From the NCBI GenBank assembly GCA_050944875.1, contig JBMNRW010000001.1, forward strand, positions 85,436-149,435: DNA of 64,000 bases. Reading direction: 5' to 3'. The position numbers and the translations under genes are program-made. This document shows positions 8,762-18,142 of the stretch, in pieces (the first letter of the stretch is position 1; every line of letters starts with the position of its first letter). The notes under the pieces were generated by a model. That model was not told the DNA's origin. It made no database searches and saw only the letters and a program-made list of their open reading frames with translations. Source of the DNA: Patescibacteria group bacterium (GTDB lineage Bacteria > Patescibacteriota > UBA1384 > JACPKC01).

Positions 8762-9541
8762 TTACTCGGCCGATTCGGCCGATTCCTTCTTCGTCTTCTT
8801 CGCTGCCTTCTTCGGCTTCACCGACTGGGTCGCTGCTGCGTCGACTGAGGCCTGAGTAGCGTCGCGGACGATCGTGAAGTGCTCGGTGAGGATCTGCGAG
8901 GCGTGCACCATCGCTTCAGCCGGCGTGACGGTCCCGTCCGTGGTGAGCTCGATAGAGAGCTTGTCGAAGTCGGTTCGGTCGCCGACACGGGTGTGCTCAA
9001 CGTCGTAGTGGACGCGCTTGATTGGCGTGAAGATCGAGTCGACGGCAATCGTGCCGATCGGCAGCTTCTCACGGTCTTTCTTCTCAGTCGGGAGGTAGCC
9101 CTGTCCCTTCTCGATGGTGACTTCCATGGAGAGCTTGCCATCCTTGTCGAGGGTAGCCAGGTAGTGCTCAGGATCGGCGATCGCTACATCGGCGTTCGGC
9201 GCAAAATCCGCAGCCGTGACTGTGCCGGCGCCCTTCTTCTCGAGCTTCAAGACCACTGGCGCGTCGCTCTCAGAGCGGACACGGAGCGTCTTGAGGTTCA
9301 AGATAAGGTCGACGACGTCTTCGCGCATGCCCTTGACCGTTGAGAACTCGTGATCGACGCCCTGGATCTTCACGTACGCGACCGCTGCGCCTTCGAGCGA
9401 GGTCAGGAGAACGCGTCGGAGCGAGTGCCCAACGGTCATGCCGTACCCTGGCGAGAGCGGTTCAATGACGAAGGTAGAGACCCGGTCGGATTCCGGCTGC
9501 TCGGTGATCGTCATGCGCTCGGTTTCAGGAAGTGTGTACAT
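8762..9541 (-). CDS. rpoA: DNA-directed RNA polymerase alpha subunit, NTD only (no alpha-CTD)
   Basis: 259 aa: alpha-NTD (dimerisation/assembly) followed by a Lys-rich tail (KPKKAAKKTKKESAESAE). rplQ starts 6 nt downstream, leaving no room for a CTD. Confidence 0.9.
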   Translation of the reverse strand: MYTLPETERMTITEQPESDRVSTFVIEPLSPGYGMTVGHSLRRVLLTSLEGAAVAYVKIQGVDHEFSTVKGMREDVVDLILNLKTLRVRSESDAPVVLKLEKKGAGTVTAADFAPNADVAIADPEHYLATLDKDGKLSMEVTIEKGQGYLPTEKKDREKLPIGTIAVDSIFTPIKRVHYDVEHTRVGDRTDFDKLSIELTTDGTVTPAEAMVHASQILTEHFTIVRDATQASVDAAATQSVKPKKAAKKTKKESAESAE

Positions 9542-9565
9542 TGGTGCCTCTCTTTCCCCTTAGTA

Positions 9566-10165
9566 CTACCGTGAGTAGAACTCAACGATGAGCTGCTCTT
9601 CGATTTCCGTTGGGATCTGCTCGCGTGACGGAATCTCGAGGAGCGTGCCTGTCAAACCAGTACCGCGCTTAAGCCAAACTGGTAGCTCGGCTGCTGACGG
9701 TTTTCGCTCGAGCTTCACGAGTTCAACAGTGTCGCCAGCATTCACCTGATAGGACGGGATGTTGACCTTCTTGCCATTGACGCGGACGTGGCCGTGTGTC
9801 ACGAACTGCCGTGCCTGTGGTCGTGAGTCGGCGAAGCCGAGGCGGAAGACGATGTTGTCGAGCCGGCGTTCGAGGAGCTGGAGGAGCGTGGTGCTCGTGT
9901 CTGTTGTCGCCCGGCTCGCGGTCTGGAAGTACCGGCGGAACTGGCGCTCGAGGATGCCGTAGATCGCCTTCATCTTCTGCTTTTCGCGGAGCTGTCGGCC
10001 GTACTCAGAGACTTTCCCTCGCCGTCGACGTGGGCCGTGCTGGCCTGGCGCGTAGGCGCGGCGGGTCATCGGGTTCTTCGGGCCAGCGCTGCGTTCACCT
10101 TTTAGGAAGAGGTTGACGCCGGCGCGGCGACTAATGCGGTCTGTTGGTCCGGTGTAGCGAGCCAT
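9566..10165 (-). CDS. rpsD: 30S ribosomal protein S4
   Basis: MARYTGPTDRISRRAGVNLFLKGER..., S4 family. Confidence 0.95.
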   Translation of the reverse strand: MARYTGPTDRISRRAGVNLFLKGERSAGPKNPMTRRAYAPGQHGPRRRRGKVSEYGRQLREKQKMKAIYGILERQFRRYFQTASRATTDTSTTLLQLLERRLDNIVFRLGFADSRPQARQFVTHGHVRVNGKKVNIPSYQVNAGDTVELVKLERKPSAAELPVWLKRGTGLTGTLLEIPSREQIPTEIEEQLIVEFYSR

Positions 10166-10173
10166 AGGGATCC

Positions 10174-10554
10174 TTACACGCGCCGGGGCTTCTTCGCCCG
10201 GACGCCGTTGTGTGCGATTGGGGTAACGTCGGTAATGCTCGTCACGGCGACGCCTGTTCCGGCGATCGATCGGACCGCTTGCTCGCGGCCAGAACCGACA
10301 CCGCTCACGAACACGTCAGCTTCCTGGAAGCCGCGGAGTTTCGCCTTGTCGAGTGCGGCGTGCATAGCAGTCTGCGCAGCGTACGGGGTCGCCTTGCGGG
10401 CGCCCTTAAATCCCTGGCCGCCGGCGCTCGCCCACGCGATAACGCCGCCCTGCGCGTCAGTGACGGAGATGATGGTATTGTTGAACGTGGCCTGGACGTA
10501 GATCCGGCCACGGGCCACTGGTGCCAGCTTCTTCGCTTTTCGTGTTACTGCCAT
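10174..10554 (-). CDS. rpsK: 30S ribosomal protein S11
   Basis: GRIYVQATFNNTIISVTD, S11 family. Confidence 0.95.
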   Translation of the reverse strand: MAVTRKAKKLAPVARGRIYVQATFNNTIISVTDAQGGVIAWASAGGQGFKGARKATPYAAQTAMHAALDKAKLRGFQEADVFVSGVGSGREQAVRSIAGTGVAVTSITDVTPIAHNGVRAKKPRRV

Positions 10555-10598
10555 GGTACCTCTCGCTTGCTCTGACTAGATGACGGGTGTTGTCGGGC

Positions 10599-10985
10599 TT
10601 ACGTCTTCGACGCGGTTGGCTTGCGGCCGCTGCCGACAGTGACCCGTTTACCGCGCTTCGTCCGGGCGTTCGTCTTCGTCCGCTGGCCACGGGCCGGCAG
10701 TCGCTTTGCGTGCCGGGTGCCACGGTAGGTGCCGATCTCGATGAGACGCTTCACGTTCTGCGTGGTCTGCATCCGGAGTTCGCCCTCAACGGTGTGCTGC
10801 TTTTCGATGAGTGCGCGAATGCGCTCGAGTTCGTCATCGGTAAGCTTCATCGTTCGGACGCCGCCATCGATCTTCGCCTGAGCGAGGATCTGCTCTGACT
10901 TCTTCCGGCCAATGCCAAAGATCGCGGTGAGTGCGATGACGATCGGCTTGTTGTTCGGGAGGTTGATCCCTGCGATGCGTGCCAT
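10599..10985 (-). CDS. rpsM: 30S ribosomal protein S13
   Basis: MARIAGINLPNNKPIVIALTAIFGIG, S13 family. Confidence 0.95.
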   Translation of the reverse strand: MARIAGINLPNNKPIVIALTAIFGIGRKKSEQILAQAKIDGGVRTMKLTDDELERIRALIEKQHTVEGELRMQTTQNVKRLIEIGTYRGTRHAKRLPARGQRTKTNARTKRGKRVTVGSGRKPTASKT

Positions 10986-10991
10986 AGCGTA

Positions 10992-11105
10992 CTACCCCTG
11001 GCGCTGCTTGTGCTTCTTATTCTGGCAAATGACCCAGACACGACCGTGGCGCCGAATGATGCGGCACTTCTGGCAACGGGGTTTTGCGGATGCGGAGACT
11101 TTCAT
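10992..11105 (-). CDS. rpmJ: 50S ribosomal protein L36 (not in ORF track)
   Basis: Minus-strand ATG at 11105 gives [37 protein letters not shown], the Zn-ribbon L36 signature; sits between infA and rpsM as expected. Confidence 0.9.
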   Translation of the reverse strand: MKVSASAKPRCQKCRIIRRHGRVWVICQNKKHKQRQG

Positions 11106-11114
11106 GGCGACCTC

Positions 11115-11369
11115 TTAGCGACCTTGTGTTGGGTTCGTGTCGTGCGGGTTATACCGGTAACTGATACGGCCTCGGGTGAGGTCGTACGGAGAGAGCTCCA
11201 CCTTTACGCGGTCGCCCGGGAGGATGCGGATGCGGTGCATCCGAACTTTGCCGCCCAGTGTCGCGAGCACGGTGTGCTCACCCTGCTTCATCTCGAGGGT
11301 TACCCGAAACATAGCATTCGGTAACGCTTCCGTTACCGTTCCATCGAATTCAACAACGTTTTTTGACAT
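11115..11369 (-). CDS. infA: translation initiation factor IF-1
   Basis: [17 protein letters not shown]...[24 protein letters not shown]1-like OB fold. Confidence 0.95.
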   Translation of the reverse strand: MSKNVVEFDGTVTEALPNAMFRVTLEMKQGEHTVLATLGGKVRMHRIRILPGDRVKVELSPYDLTRGRISYRYNPHDTNPTQGR

Positions 11370-11417
11370 GTGGAATTGCGTGAACTATCGGGAGTGTACT
11401 GGAAGTCTGGCTGACTG

Positions 11418-12188
11418 TCAACGGGTTTGCACCGCTTGCCGTGACCCTGTGAGGAGCTCGGCACCATCCGGGGTGACGAGCACCGTCTCCTCGACATGGG
11501 CGGCGCGCGTCCGATCGGCGGCGATAATTGTCCAGTCATCTGCTTCGGTTCTGACGTCTCCGCTCCCTCTCGTGAGCATCGGTTCAATACAGAACGTCAT
11601 GCCGGCCTGGAGCGAAAGGCCCGTTCCGCGGTTCCCGTAATTGGGGATATCCGGCGCCTCGTGAAGCGATCGCCCGATGCCGTGGCCGGTGAGGTCGCGG
11701 ACGAGCCCGTACCCATGCCGTTCGATGACAGTCTGGATTGCCGCTTGGACGTCGCCGAGCTTCACGCCTGGCCGGATCTGGCCGAAGCCGGCGTAGAACG
11801 CCTCCCACGCCGCCGCAACGAGCGCACTGTCGGCACTGTCGGCTGGCGGAACGACGAGTGAGCGAGCAGCATCAACGTGCCAGCCCTGGAGCTTGACGCC
11901 GAGATCGACGCTCACGAGGTCGCCAGGAGCGATCGGACGCTGGGAGGGAATGCCGTGCACTACCTCTTCGTTGATAGAGATGCACAGCGAGGCTGGGTAG
12001 CCGCGGTACCCCTTGAAGGCTGGTTCGGCGCCGTGGTCACGGATATAGGTTTCGGCAAGTCGATCAAGTGCCACGCCGGTTGCGTCCGGCTGGACAGCGT
12101 GCACGACAACGTCGAGCGCGCCAGCAAGGATTTCCCCTGCTCGGCGCATGCGTGCAATTTCTTCGGGCGTGCGGAGGTCAACAGCCAT
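11418..12188 (-). CDS. map: type I methionine aminopeptidase
   Basis: Catalytic core (HGIGRSLHE, metal ligands); start placed at MAVDLRTPEEIARMRRAG (ATG 12186-12188), directly after the adk stop. The ORF's extra 47 N-terminal codons overlap adk. Confidence 0.85.
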   Translation of the reverse strand: MAVDLRTPEEIARMRRAGEILAGALDVVVHAVQPDATGVALDRLAETYIRDHGAEPAFKGYRGYPASLCISINEEVVHGIPSQRPIAPGDLVSVDLGVKLQGWHVDAARSLVVPPADSADSALVAAAWEAFYAGFGQIRPGVKLGDVQAAIQTVIERHGYGLVRDLTGHGIGRSLHEAPDIPNYGNRGTGLSLQAGMTFCIEPMLTRGSGDVRTEADDWTIIAADRTRAAHVEETVLVTPDGAELLTGSRQAVQTR

Positions 12189-12190
12189 GA

Positions 12191-12772
12191 TTAGAGGATG
12201 CCGCGCTTGATGAGCGCCGCAACGATCGCTTCGTGCACGTGTTCTATCGTGTCGTCGCCGTTGATATCGATCACCCGGCCTTCCCTGCGAAAGTGGTCCA
12301 CGACCGGTCGGGTTTCGGCGTAGGACCATGCGAGCCGCTTCTCAATCATCTCTTTCGTATCGTCGTGCCGGCCACGCTTCAGGAGTCGCTCGACCGAGAT
12401 ATCGTGCGGGACTTCGAGGTTGATGACGATCGGTTCAGCGAGCTTGTGCTTCGCACGGATATTCGTGAAGGCCCGAGCGTTCTCCATCGAGCGGAGGACG
12501 CCGTCGAGAATCGCGCCATGCGACACATCGGTTTTTGCGAGGTGGTCGTCAAGGACATCCTGCCAAACGCCAATTGGGACAAGCTCACCTGCTGAAAGGA
12601 TCGCTTTGACGCGCTGCCCGAGTTCTGTCGGTTCGGCTGCAAGCGCACGGAACAGGTCGCCCATCGTGATGATTGGCACGTTGCCGAGCTCCTTTTTTAA
12701 GAGGTTCGCCTGCGTGCCCTTTCCGCTTCCGCTTGGACCGGTGAAGAGAAGAACAACCTTATGATCGCCCAC
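12191..12772 (-). CDS. adk: adenylate kinase
   Basis: P-loop LLFTGPSGSGKGTQANLL; a GTG start at 12770-12772 preceded by GAAGGAG gives a 193-aa protein. The ORF track's upstream ATG would overlap the preceding gene by 53 nt. Confidence 0.85.
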   Translation of the reverse strand: MGDHKVVLLFTGPSGSGKGTQANLLKKELGNVPIITMGDLFRALAAEPTELGQRVKAILSAGELVPIGVWQDVLDDHLAKTDVSHGAILDGVLRSMENARAFTNIRAKHKLAEPIVINLEVPHDISVERLLKRGRHDDTKEMIEKRLAWSYAETRPVVDHFRREGRVIDINGDDTIEHVHEAIVAALIKRGIL

Positions 12773-12785
12773 CCTGACTCCTTCG

Positions 12786-13829
12786 CTACTTCTGGATAGT
12801 AATGAGTTGGTTTGCCGCTCGTCGCTCGATTCGCGCACCAGTCACCAGGTCAACCAAGTGAATAGTACCGCTCGGCAGCTCATCCGACGTCGTCGGTGCG
12901 ACGAGTACCCCGAGCACACCGGCACCGACGCAGAGGCTCCGCTCGCGGCCAGGAATATCGATGAGCGGGGCTCGTGCGCCGTCAGTGAGAGAGAGACGCT
13001 CGACGACGGCTACTGCTGCGCCATCGGCGGTGCGGGGCTCGACGACGAGCGCCAACGCGTTCTCGTCGATCCACGCGACATCGACCACCGCTTGGGTGTT
13101 TGGCAGTGTTGCGCGATCAGTTGGTTTGCCGGATGCGTCCACCGTTGCAAGGACTGTCCCCCCGTCGGGACTGGTCTGTCCCCTTGCGAATGCAATCGTC
13201 TGTCCATCTGGTGACCAGGCAAGCGGTCCGATTCCCGCTGTGTCTGACGCGACGGTTTTGCTGCTTCCACCTTCGAGTGAATCTATGACCAAATTAAACC
13301 CGAAGTCGCGCTCGGCATTGTTGAAATACACTGCTGCAACTTTACCCGTTGCGGACACAACCGGCGTGGCACTGCTCATCGGGAACGTACTTCTGCGGAC
13401 GGCGAGATCGCCGGTTCCGTCAAGCTGGATCTCAACAAGCGAAGATTCGGCTGAGCCGTTCCGTCGAGCAATCGCGAAGACCCGGGTGCCATCTGTCGCG
13501 GTTCCGAGGACACGCTCGAGCTTCAGTTCCTCATCTGTGTCGGTAAAGAGGATGCGTTCAGTTCCGTCCGGTTCGGTGCGGACGATCGTCGTGACCATAC
13601 CGGTCTTTCGGAGGGTTACCGTGGCGACGGCGATCGATTCGGCGGTGTTCGTCGACGTGTCTTCGGTCGTCGTCTTGACAGCGGGTTCTGCCTCGTCAGA
13701 CTTCGGTTCGGTTGGCTCTGTTGGCAACGGCGCTGAAGCCTGGTCTGCGACGAGGAGGATACCCCCGAAGCCGAGCGCGAGGAGCGCCAGCGTAAAGAAC
13801 CCCTTCGCTGCGGACGACTTAGAACTCAT
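12786..13829 (-). CDS. secreted/membrane-anchored PD40 (TolB-like) beta-propeller repeat protein
   Basis: N-terminal hydrophobic anchor, Thr/Glu/Pro-rich linker, then LAWSPDGQTIAF-type PD40/WD40-like repeats; inserted between secY and adk. Confidence 0.6.
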   Translation of the reverse strand: MSSKSSAAKGFFTLALLALGFGGILLVADQASAPLPTEPTEPKSDEAEPAVKTTTEDTSTNTAESIAVATVTLRKTGMVTTIVRTEPDGTERILFTDTDEELKLERVLGTATDGTRVFAIARRNGSAESSLVEIQLDGTGDLAVRRSTFPMSSATPVVSATGKVAAVYFNNAERDFGFNLVIDSLEGGSSKTVASDTAGIGPLAWSPDGQTIAFARGQTSPDGGTVLATVDASGKPTDRATLPNTQAVVDVAWIDENALALVVEPRTADGAAVAVVERLSLTDGARAPLIDIPGRERSLCVGAGVLGVLVAPTTSDELPSGTIHLVDLVTGARIERRAANQLITIQK

Positions 13830-15081
13830 AGCGTCGGGTTTGCAGGTGGGCGCGGATCTGGCGCATCGTGTCGAGGACTACCGACACGATAATGAGCGTC
13901 GACGTTCCGCCAAGCACGAGCGTCTGGATGTTCGTGAGTGCCTGGACGATGAACGGCAGGACGGCGAGGAGGCCAAGGAAGAGCGCGCCGAAGAGCGTCA
14001 GCCGTGAGAGTACGGCGCCGAGGTAGTTCGCGGTTTCGCGGCCGGGGCGGACACCAGGGACGAAGCCGCCTTGGCGCTGGATGTTCTCAGCGACCTGCTC
14101 CGGCTGGAAGACGACGAACGTGTAGAAGTACGTGAAGATGATGACGAAGAGGAAGTACGCGATACCGTAGAACGTGTCGTTTCCGAAGAGGTCGATCGTT
14201 TTCTCGGCCGCGTCTTGAATCCAGGCGACGTCGACGGTCTGGAGGAACCGGGCGACCACCGGAGGGAAGAGCATGAGCGAGAGCGCGAAGATGATCGGGA
14301 TGACGCCGGCCATTGCGACTTTGAGCGGGAGGTTTGTCGAGACGCCACCCTGCCGGGCAAGGCCGCGGACGCGACGCGCATAGATGATCGGAATCTGCCG
14401 CTCGGCCTCGTTCACGAAGACGATCGCGACGGTAGCCAGGAGGGCGAGAACCGCGAAAATGATGACGCTCAAGTAGCCGGTCTGGTCGATTGTCGCGTAC
14501 GTCTGCGAGAGCGATACAGGAATCCCAGTCATAATGCCGAGCGCGATGAGGAGTGAGATGCCGTTCCCAATGCCGTACTCACTGATGAGCTCGCCAAACC
14601 ACATGACGAGGAGCGTTCCAGCGCTGATCGTGAGGAGAGTCGCGATGAGGTCGAAGCCGCCAGCGAGCTCAATGACGCCTTGGTTCCTAAGGAGGAGGAG
14701 TGTCGAGTAGCCCTGGAGGACAGCGAGCGGCACGGTGAGGAGTCGCGTGTACTGGTTGATCTGCTGGCGACCGGCTTCGCCCTCTTTCTGGAGCTCTTCA
14801 AGGCGTGGCACGATGACGACGAGGAGCTGGAAGATGATCGAGGCGGTAATGTACGGGCCGACGCCCATGAGGACGAGGGAGAAGTTCTCCATGGATCCAC
14901 CAGTGAACAGATTGAGAAGGCCGAAGAGCTCATTGCGCGCGAAGAACTCCCGGAGCGCCGACAGGTCGACGCCTGGCATCGGGATGTGCGCGAGAACGCG
15001 GAACAAGACGAGGAGCCCCATCGTCGTGAGGACTCGTCGTCTGAGGTCAGGATTCGCGAAGAGTGTGCGGAGCGTCGTCAT
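13819..15081 (-). CDS. secY: preprotein translocase subunit SecY
   Basis: 10-TM protein with SecY signatures (FTGGSMENFSL, IPIIYARR). Confidence 0.95.
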   Translation of the reverse strand: MTTLRTLFANPDLRRRVLTTMGLLVLFRVLAHIPMPGVDLSALREFFARNELFGLLNLFTGGSMENFSLVLMGVGPYITASIIFQLLVVIVPRLEELQKEGEAGRQQINQYTRLLTVPLAVLQGYSTLLLLRNQGVIELAGGFDLIATLLTISAGTLLVMWFGELISEYGIGNGISLLIALGIMTGIPVSLSQTYATIDQTGYLSVIIFAVLALLATVAIVFVNEAERQIPIIYARRVRGLARQGGVSTNLPLKVAMAGVIPIIFALSLMLFPPVVARFLQTVDVAWIQDAAEKTIDLFGNDTFYGIAYFLFVIIFTYFYTFVVFQPEQVAENIQRQGGFVPGVRPGRETANYLGAVLSRLTLFGALFLGLLAVLPFIVQALTNIQTLVLGGTSTLIIVSVVLDTMRQIRAHLQTRRYEF

Positions 15082-15124
15082 CGTCGTCTCTTTCTCCCCT
15101 TCCCCTTGGGGCGAGCGCCGCTAC

Positions 15125-15577
15125 TCAGGCGTCCGCAGTGGTTCGTTTGGTCGCGCGCTTCTTGCCGTACAGCGTCTCGTACACGGAAGCCGTGAACGAC
15201 AGGCCGCGGAACTTCAGTGTTTTCGTGAGCGTGCCAGTGCCGACGATACGTGCCGCCTGAGCACCGCCGTGCGCAAGACCCTTGGCCTTCAAGGTGTCAA
15301 GCGAGACGACATCGCCGTTGGCGAACATCTTATCGAGCTGGGCGAGCGTTACGGTCGCGCGAACGGTGCGCGGGTTATTCCCGAGACCACGGAGCTTCGG
15401 CAAGCGCATATAGAGCTTGCTCTGCCCACCTTCGAAGCCGGTCGGGATGTTCGCACCAGTGCGTGCCTTCTGGCCTTTAGTGCCGAGACCAGCGGTCTTT
15501 CCCTGGCCAGCGGCAATGCCACGGCCAACCCGCTTCGCGCGGTTCGTGGTACGTGGGAGGTTGTGTAGGTCTGCCAT
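15125..15577 (-). CDS. rplO: 50S ribosomal protein L15
   Basis: GRGIAAGQGKTAGLGTKGQKAR, L15 family; rpsE stop is 3 nt upstream, so there is no rpmD. Confidence 0.95.
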   Translation of the reverse strand: MADLHNLPRTTNRAKRVGRGIAAGQGKTAGLGTKGQKARTGANIPTGFEGGQSKLYMRLPKLRGLGNNPRTVRATVTLAQLDKMFANGDVVSLDTLKAKGLAHGGAQAARIVGTGTLTKTLKFRGLSFTASVYETLYGKKRATKRTTADA

Positions 15578-15579
15578 GG

Positions 15580-16101
15580 CTACTCCTTCGCTACCTTGAG
15601 CGATGCGAGCGTTTCAAGGGTAGCTCGGACGTTGTTGATCTTGTTTGAGCTCCCGATGATCTTCGAGAGGATGTTCCGGATACCAGCGAGCTCAATCACG
15701 GCACGAACTGGGCCACCAGCGATGATGGACGTTCCCGCTGCCGCTGGTTTTAGGAAGACTACTGCGCTGCCGTACTTGTGCGTCGTTTCGTGCGGGATGG
15801 TGTCGTTGACGATCGGCACGTCGATGAGGTGCTTCTTCGCCTGGTTGACCGCCTTCTGGATCGACGACTGTACGTCGCCGGCCTTGCCGACGCCCATGCC
15901 CACCTTCCCCTTCTTGTTCCCGATGACGACGAGCGCGCGGAACCGCATGCGCTTGCCACCCTTTACGGTGCGGGAGACACGGTCGATCTCGACGACGCGC
16001 TCTTCGAATTCCTCCTCGACGCGCTCTTCGCGTTCGCGGCTCGGCCGATTGTTCGGTCGGTTGCCACCTGGACGGTTGAATCGTTCTGGTCGGTCTGCCA
16101 T
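15580..16101 (-). CDS. rpsE: 30S ribosomal protein S5
   Basis: VVEIDRVSRTVKGGKRMRFRALVVIGN, S5 family. Confidence 0.95.
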   Translation of the reverse strand: MADRPERFNRPGGNRPNNRPSREREERVEEEFEERVVEIDRVSRTVKGGKRMRFRALVVIGNKKGKVGMGVGKAGDVQSSIQKAVNQAKKHLIDVPIVNDTIPHETTHKYGSAVVFLKPAAAGTSIIAGGPVRAVIELAGIRNILSKIIGSSNKINNVRATLETLASLKVAKE

Positions 16102-16109
16102 GTGTCTCC

Positions 16110-16457
16110 TTAGAGTGCGAGCCCTGCGGCGCGTGCGGCGTCCGCAAAGGCGGCGACGCGGCCATGGTACTGGTAGCCTCGGCGATCGAGCACGGCAGCC
16201 GTAATGCCAGCAGTGCTCGCTTTCTCAGCGATGAGCGTGCCCACGGCAGTCGCCTGCTCCATGCCGGCCGACGATCTCTTGAGCTCGCTGTCCGACGCGG
16301 CGACGAGCGTCTTCCCTGCCTCGTCATCGATGAGCTGAGCGCGGAAGTGCTTCGCGGTTCGTTCGATTGCGAGGCGCGGACGGTTCGCCGTACCGCGAAC
16401 CACGGCGCGGATGCGTCGGATGCGGGCGGCTCGTTGTGTGGTTCGTGTTGCGTGCAT
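16110..16457 (-). CDS. rplR: 50S ribosomal protein L18
   Basis: PRLAIERTAKHFRAQLIDD, L18 family. Confidence 0.95.
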   Translation of the reverse strand: MHATRTTQRAARIRRIRAVVRGTANRPRLAIERTAKHFRAQLIDDEAGKTLVAASDSELKRSSAGMEQATAVGTLIAEKASTAGITAAVLDRRGYQYHGRVAAFADAARAAGLAL

Positions 16458-16466
16458 GTGCTTCCT

Positions 16467-17009
16467 TTACGCGCCGGCTTTCGCGGCTTTCCCGGCCTTC
16501 CGCTGGACGATCTCATCGGAGTAGCGGATGCCTTTCCCCTTGTACGGCTCCGGCGGGCGGACGCGGCGGATGTTCGTCGCGACCTGGCCCACGAGTTGCT
16601 TGTCGATGCCGGTGACGGTGATGACGTTCTTCTGGACTGTGATCTCGATCCCCTCTGGTACGTCGAAGTTCACCGGGTGCGAGTAGCCGACGTTCAAGAC
16701 GAGCGTCTTCCCCTGCATCGCGGCCCGGTACCCGACGCCGTTAATCTCGAGCGATTTCGTATACCCGTTGGAGACGCCGGTGACGACGTTTGCGATGAGC
16801 CGAGTGCTTAGGCCGTGGAACGCCTTGGCGCGCTTGCCACCACCGCTCGTGGTGACGGTAATGACACTGTCCGCCTGTTCAACCACCGCGTACGGCGGCA
16901 GCGCCAAGCGGAGCTCGCCCTTCGGTCCTTTGGCAATGAGGTCTTTCCCGTCCACCGTTACGGTGACGTCGGCCGGAACGTGAATTGGTCGCTTACCAAT
17001 ACGGCTCAT
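16467..17009 (-). CDS. rplF: 50S ribosomal protein L6
   Basis: MSRIGKRPIHVPADVTVTV...; start ATG 17007-17009 overlaps the rpsH stop (ATGA). Confidence 0.95.
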   Translation of the reverse strand: MSRIGKRPIHVPADVTVTVDGKDLIAKGPKGELRLALPPYAVVEQADSVITVTTSGGGKRAKAFHGLSTRLIANVVTGVSNGYTKSLEINGVGYRAAMQGKTLVLNVGYSHPVNFDVPEGIEITVQKNVITVTGIDKQLVGQVATNIRRVRPPEPYKGKGIRYSDEIVQRKAGKAAKAGA

Positions 17010-17407
17010 GACAGTACCTCGCAAATGACTTCGCCGCCCATATGCCGTCGCTTCGCCTCGGCCCCGGTCATGAGACCGGCAGGCGTCGAGACAATCATGA
17101 GGCCGAAGTCGCCACGTGGCCGCGGAAGCTCTGCTGCGCCACGGTAGATCCGGAGCCCTGGGCGCGAGATGCGTCGGAGCGTTCGAATCGCCGGGATGCC
17201 GCCGTGGTACTTCAGCGTCACGATAAGCTGCTTCTTGACCCCGTCTTCAGCCGTCTCGGTGGCGACGTCCTCGATGTACTCCTTCTCTTTGAGGATCTCG
17301 AGGATGCCAGCCTTGAGGCGGGAGTGCGGGATCACGACCGTCGGCTTCTGGAGCGCGGCGGCGTTTCGGATTCGGGTGAGCATGTCTGCAATTGGGTCCA
17401 TACGCAC
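17006..17407 (-). CDS. rpsH: 30S ribosomal protein S8
   Basis: DPIADMLTRIRNA, S8 family. Confidence 0.95.
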   Translation of the reverse strand: MRMDPIADMLTRIRNAAALQKPTVVIPHSRLKAGILEILKEKEYIEDVATETAEDGVKKQLIVTLKYHGGIPAIRTLRRISRPGLRIYRGAAELPRPRGDFGLMIVSTPAGLMTGAEAKRRHMGGEVICEVLS

Positions 17408-17409
17408 TC

Positions 17410-17595
17410 CTACCAGGATGACTTTACGACGCCGGGGATCTCCCCGCGGCTTGCTCGTTCACGGAAGCAAATCCGGCACAGGCCGAACCGTCGAAGGTAG
17501 CCGTGACCGCGACCGCAGATCCCGCACCGGTTGACCCGGCGAGTCGAGAACTTCGGCCGTCGCTTCGATTTGGCAATCATTGACTTCTTCGCCAT
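17410..17595 (-). CDS. rpsN: 30S ribosomal protein S14, type Z (zinc-binding, 61 aa)
   Basis: [23 protein letters not shown] CxxC...CxxC motif. Confidence 0.95.
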   Translation of the reverse strand: MAKKSMIAKSKRRPKFSTRRVNRCGICGRGHGYLRRFGLCRICFRERASRGEIPGVVKSSW

Positions 17596-17599
17596 AGCC

Positions 17600-18142
17600 T
17601 TAGCTCCGTTTCACGAGTGGGAACCCGAGCGCTCGTAGGAGCGACTCTGCGGCCCGATTGTCGGTTGCTGTTGTGGTAATCGTAATACCGACCCCGTAGA
17701 ACTCCCGGACGTTGTCCTGGTTGATCTCAGGGAAGACGGTGTGTTCGCGAACGCCGAAGCTGTAGTTTCCGCGCCCGTCAAACCCAGTGGTCGGGAGGCC
17801 GCGGAAGTCGCGGATGCGCGGGAGGACAACCGTCACGAGGCGCTGGAAGAAATCTTCCATCCGCTTACCCCGGAGCGTCACCGCGTACCCAACAACCTCA
17901 CCGGCGCGGAGCTTGAACCCGGCAATCGCCTTGCGGGCGGTGCGGGTCACTGGCTTCTGGCCCGTAATGAGCGCCAGGTCGCGGGTAACGATCTCCTCGA
18001 GCCCCTGCGTACCGCGTCGCGAACCCGTGCCGACGTTCACGCTGATCTTCGCGAGGCGTGGTACCGCGTGCGCGTTCTTCACGCCGAGCTCTTTCGTGAG
18101 CGCGGGCGCAACGGTCTTCGTGTACTGCTCTTTGAGGCTCAT
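17600..18142 (-). CDS. rplE: 50S ribosomal protein L5
   Basis: [20 protein letters not shown]..., L5 family. Confidence 0.95.
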   Translation of the reverse strand: MSLKEQYTKTVAPALTKELGVKNAHAVPRLAKISVNVGTGSRRGTQGLEEIVTRDLALITGQKPVTRTARKAIAGFKLRAGEVVGYAVTLRGKRMEDFFQRLVTVVLPRIRDFRGLPTTGFDGRGNYSFGVREHTVFPEINQDNVREFYGVGITITTTATDNRAAESLLRALGFPLVKRS

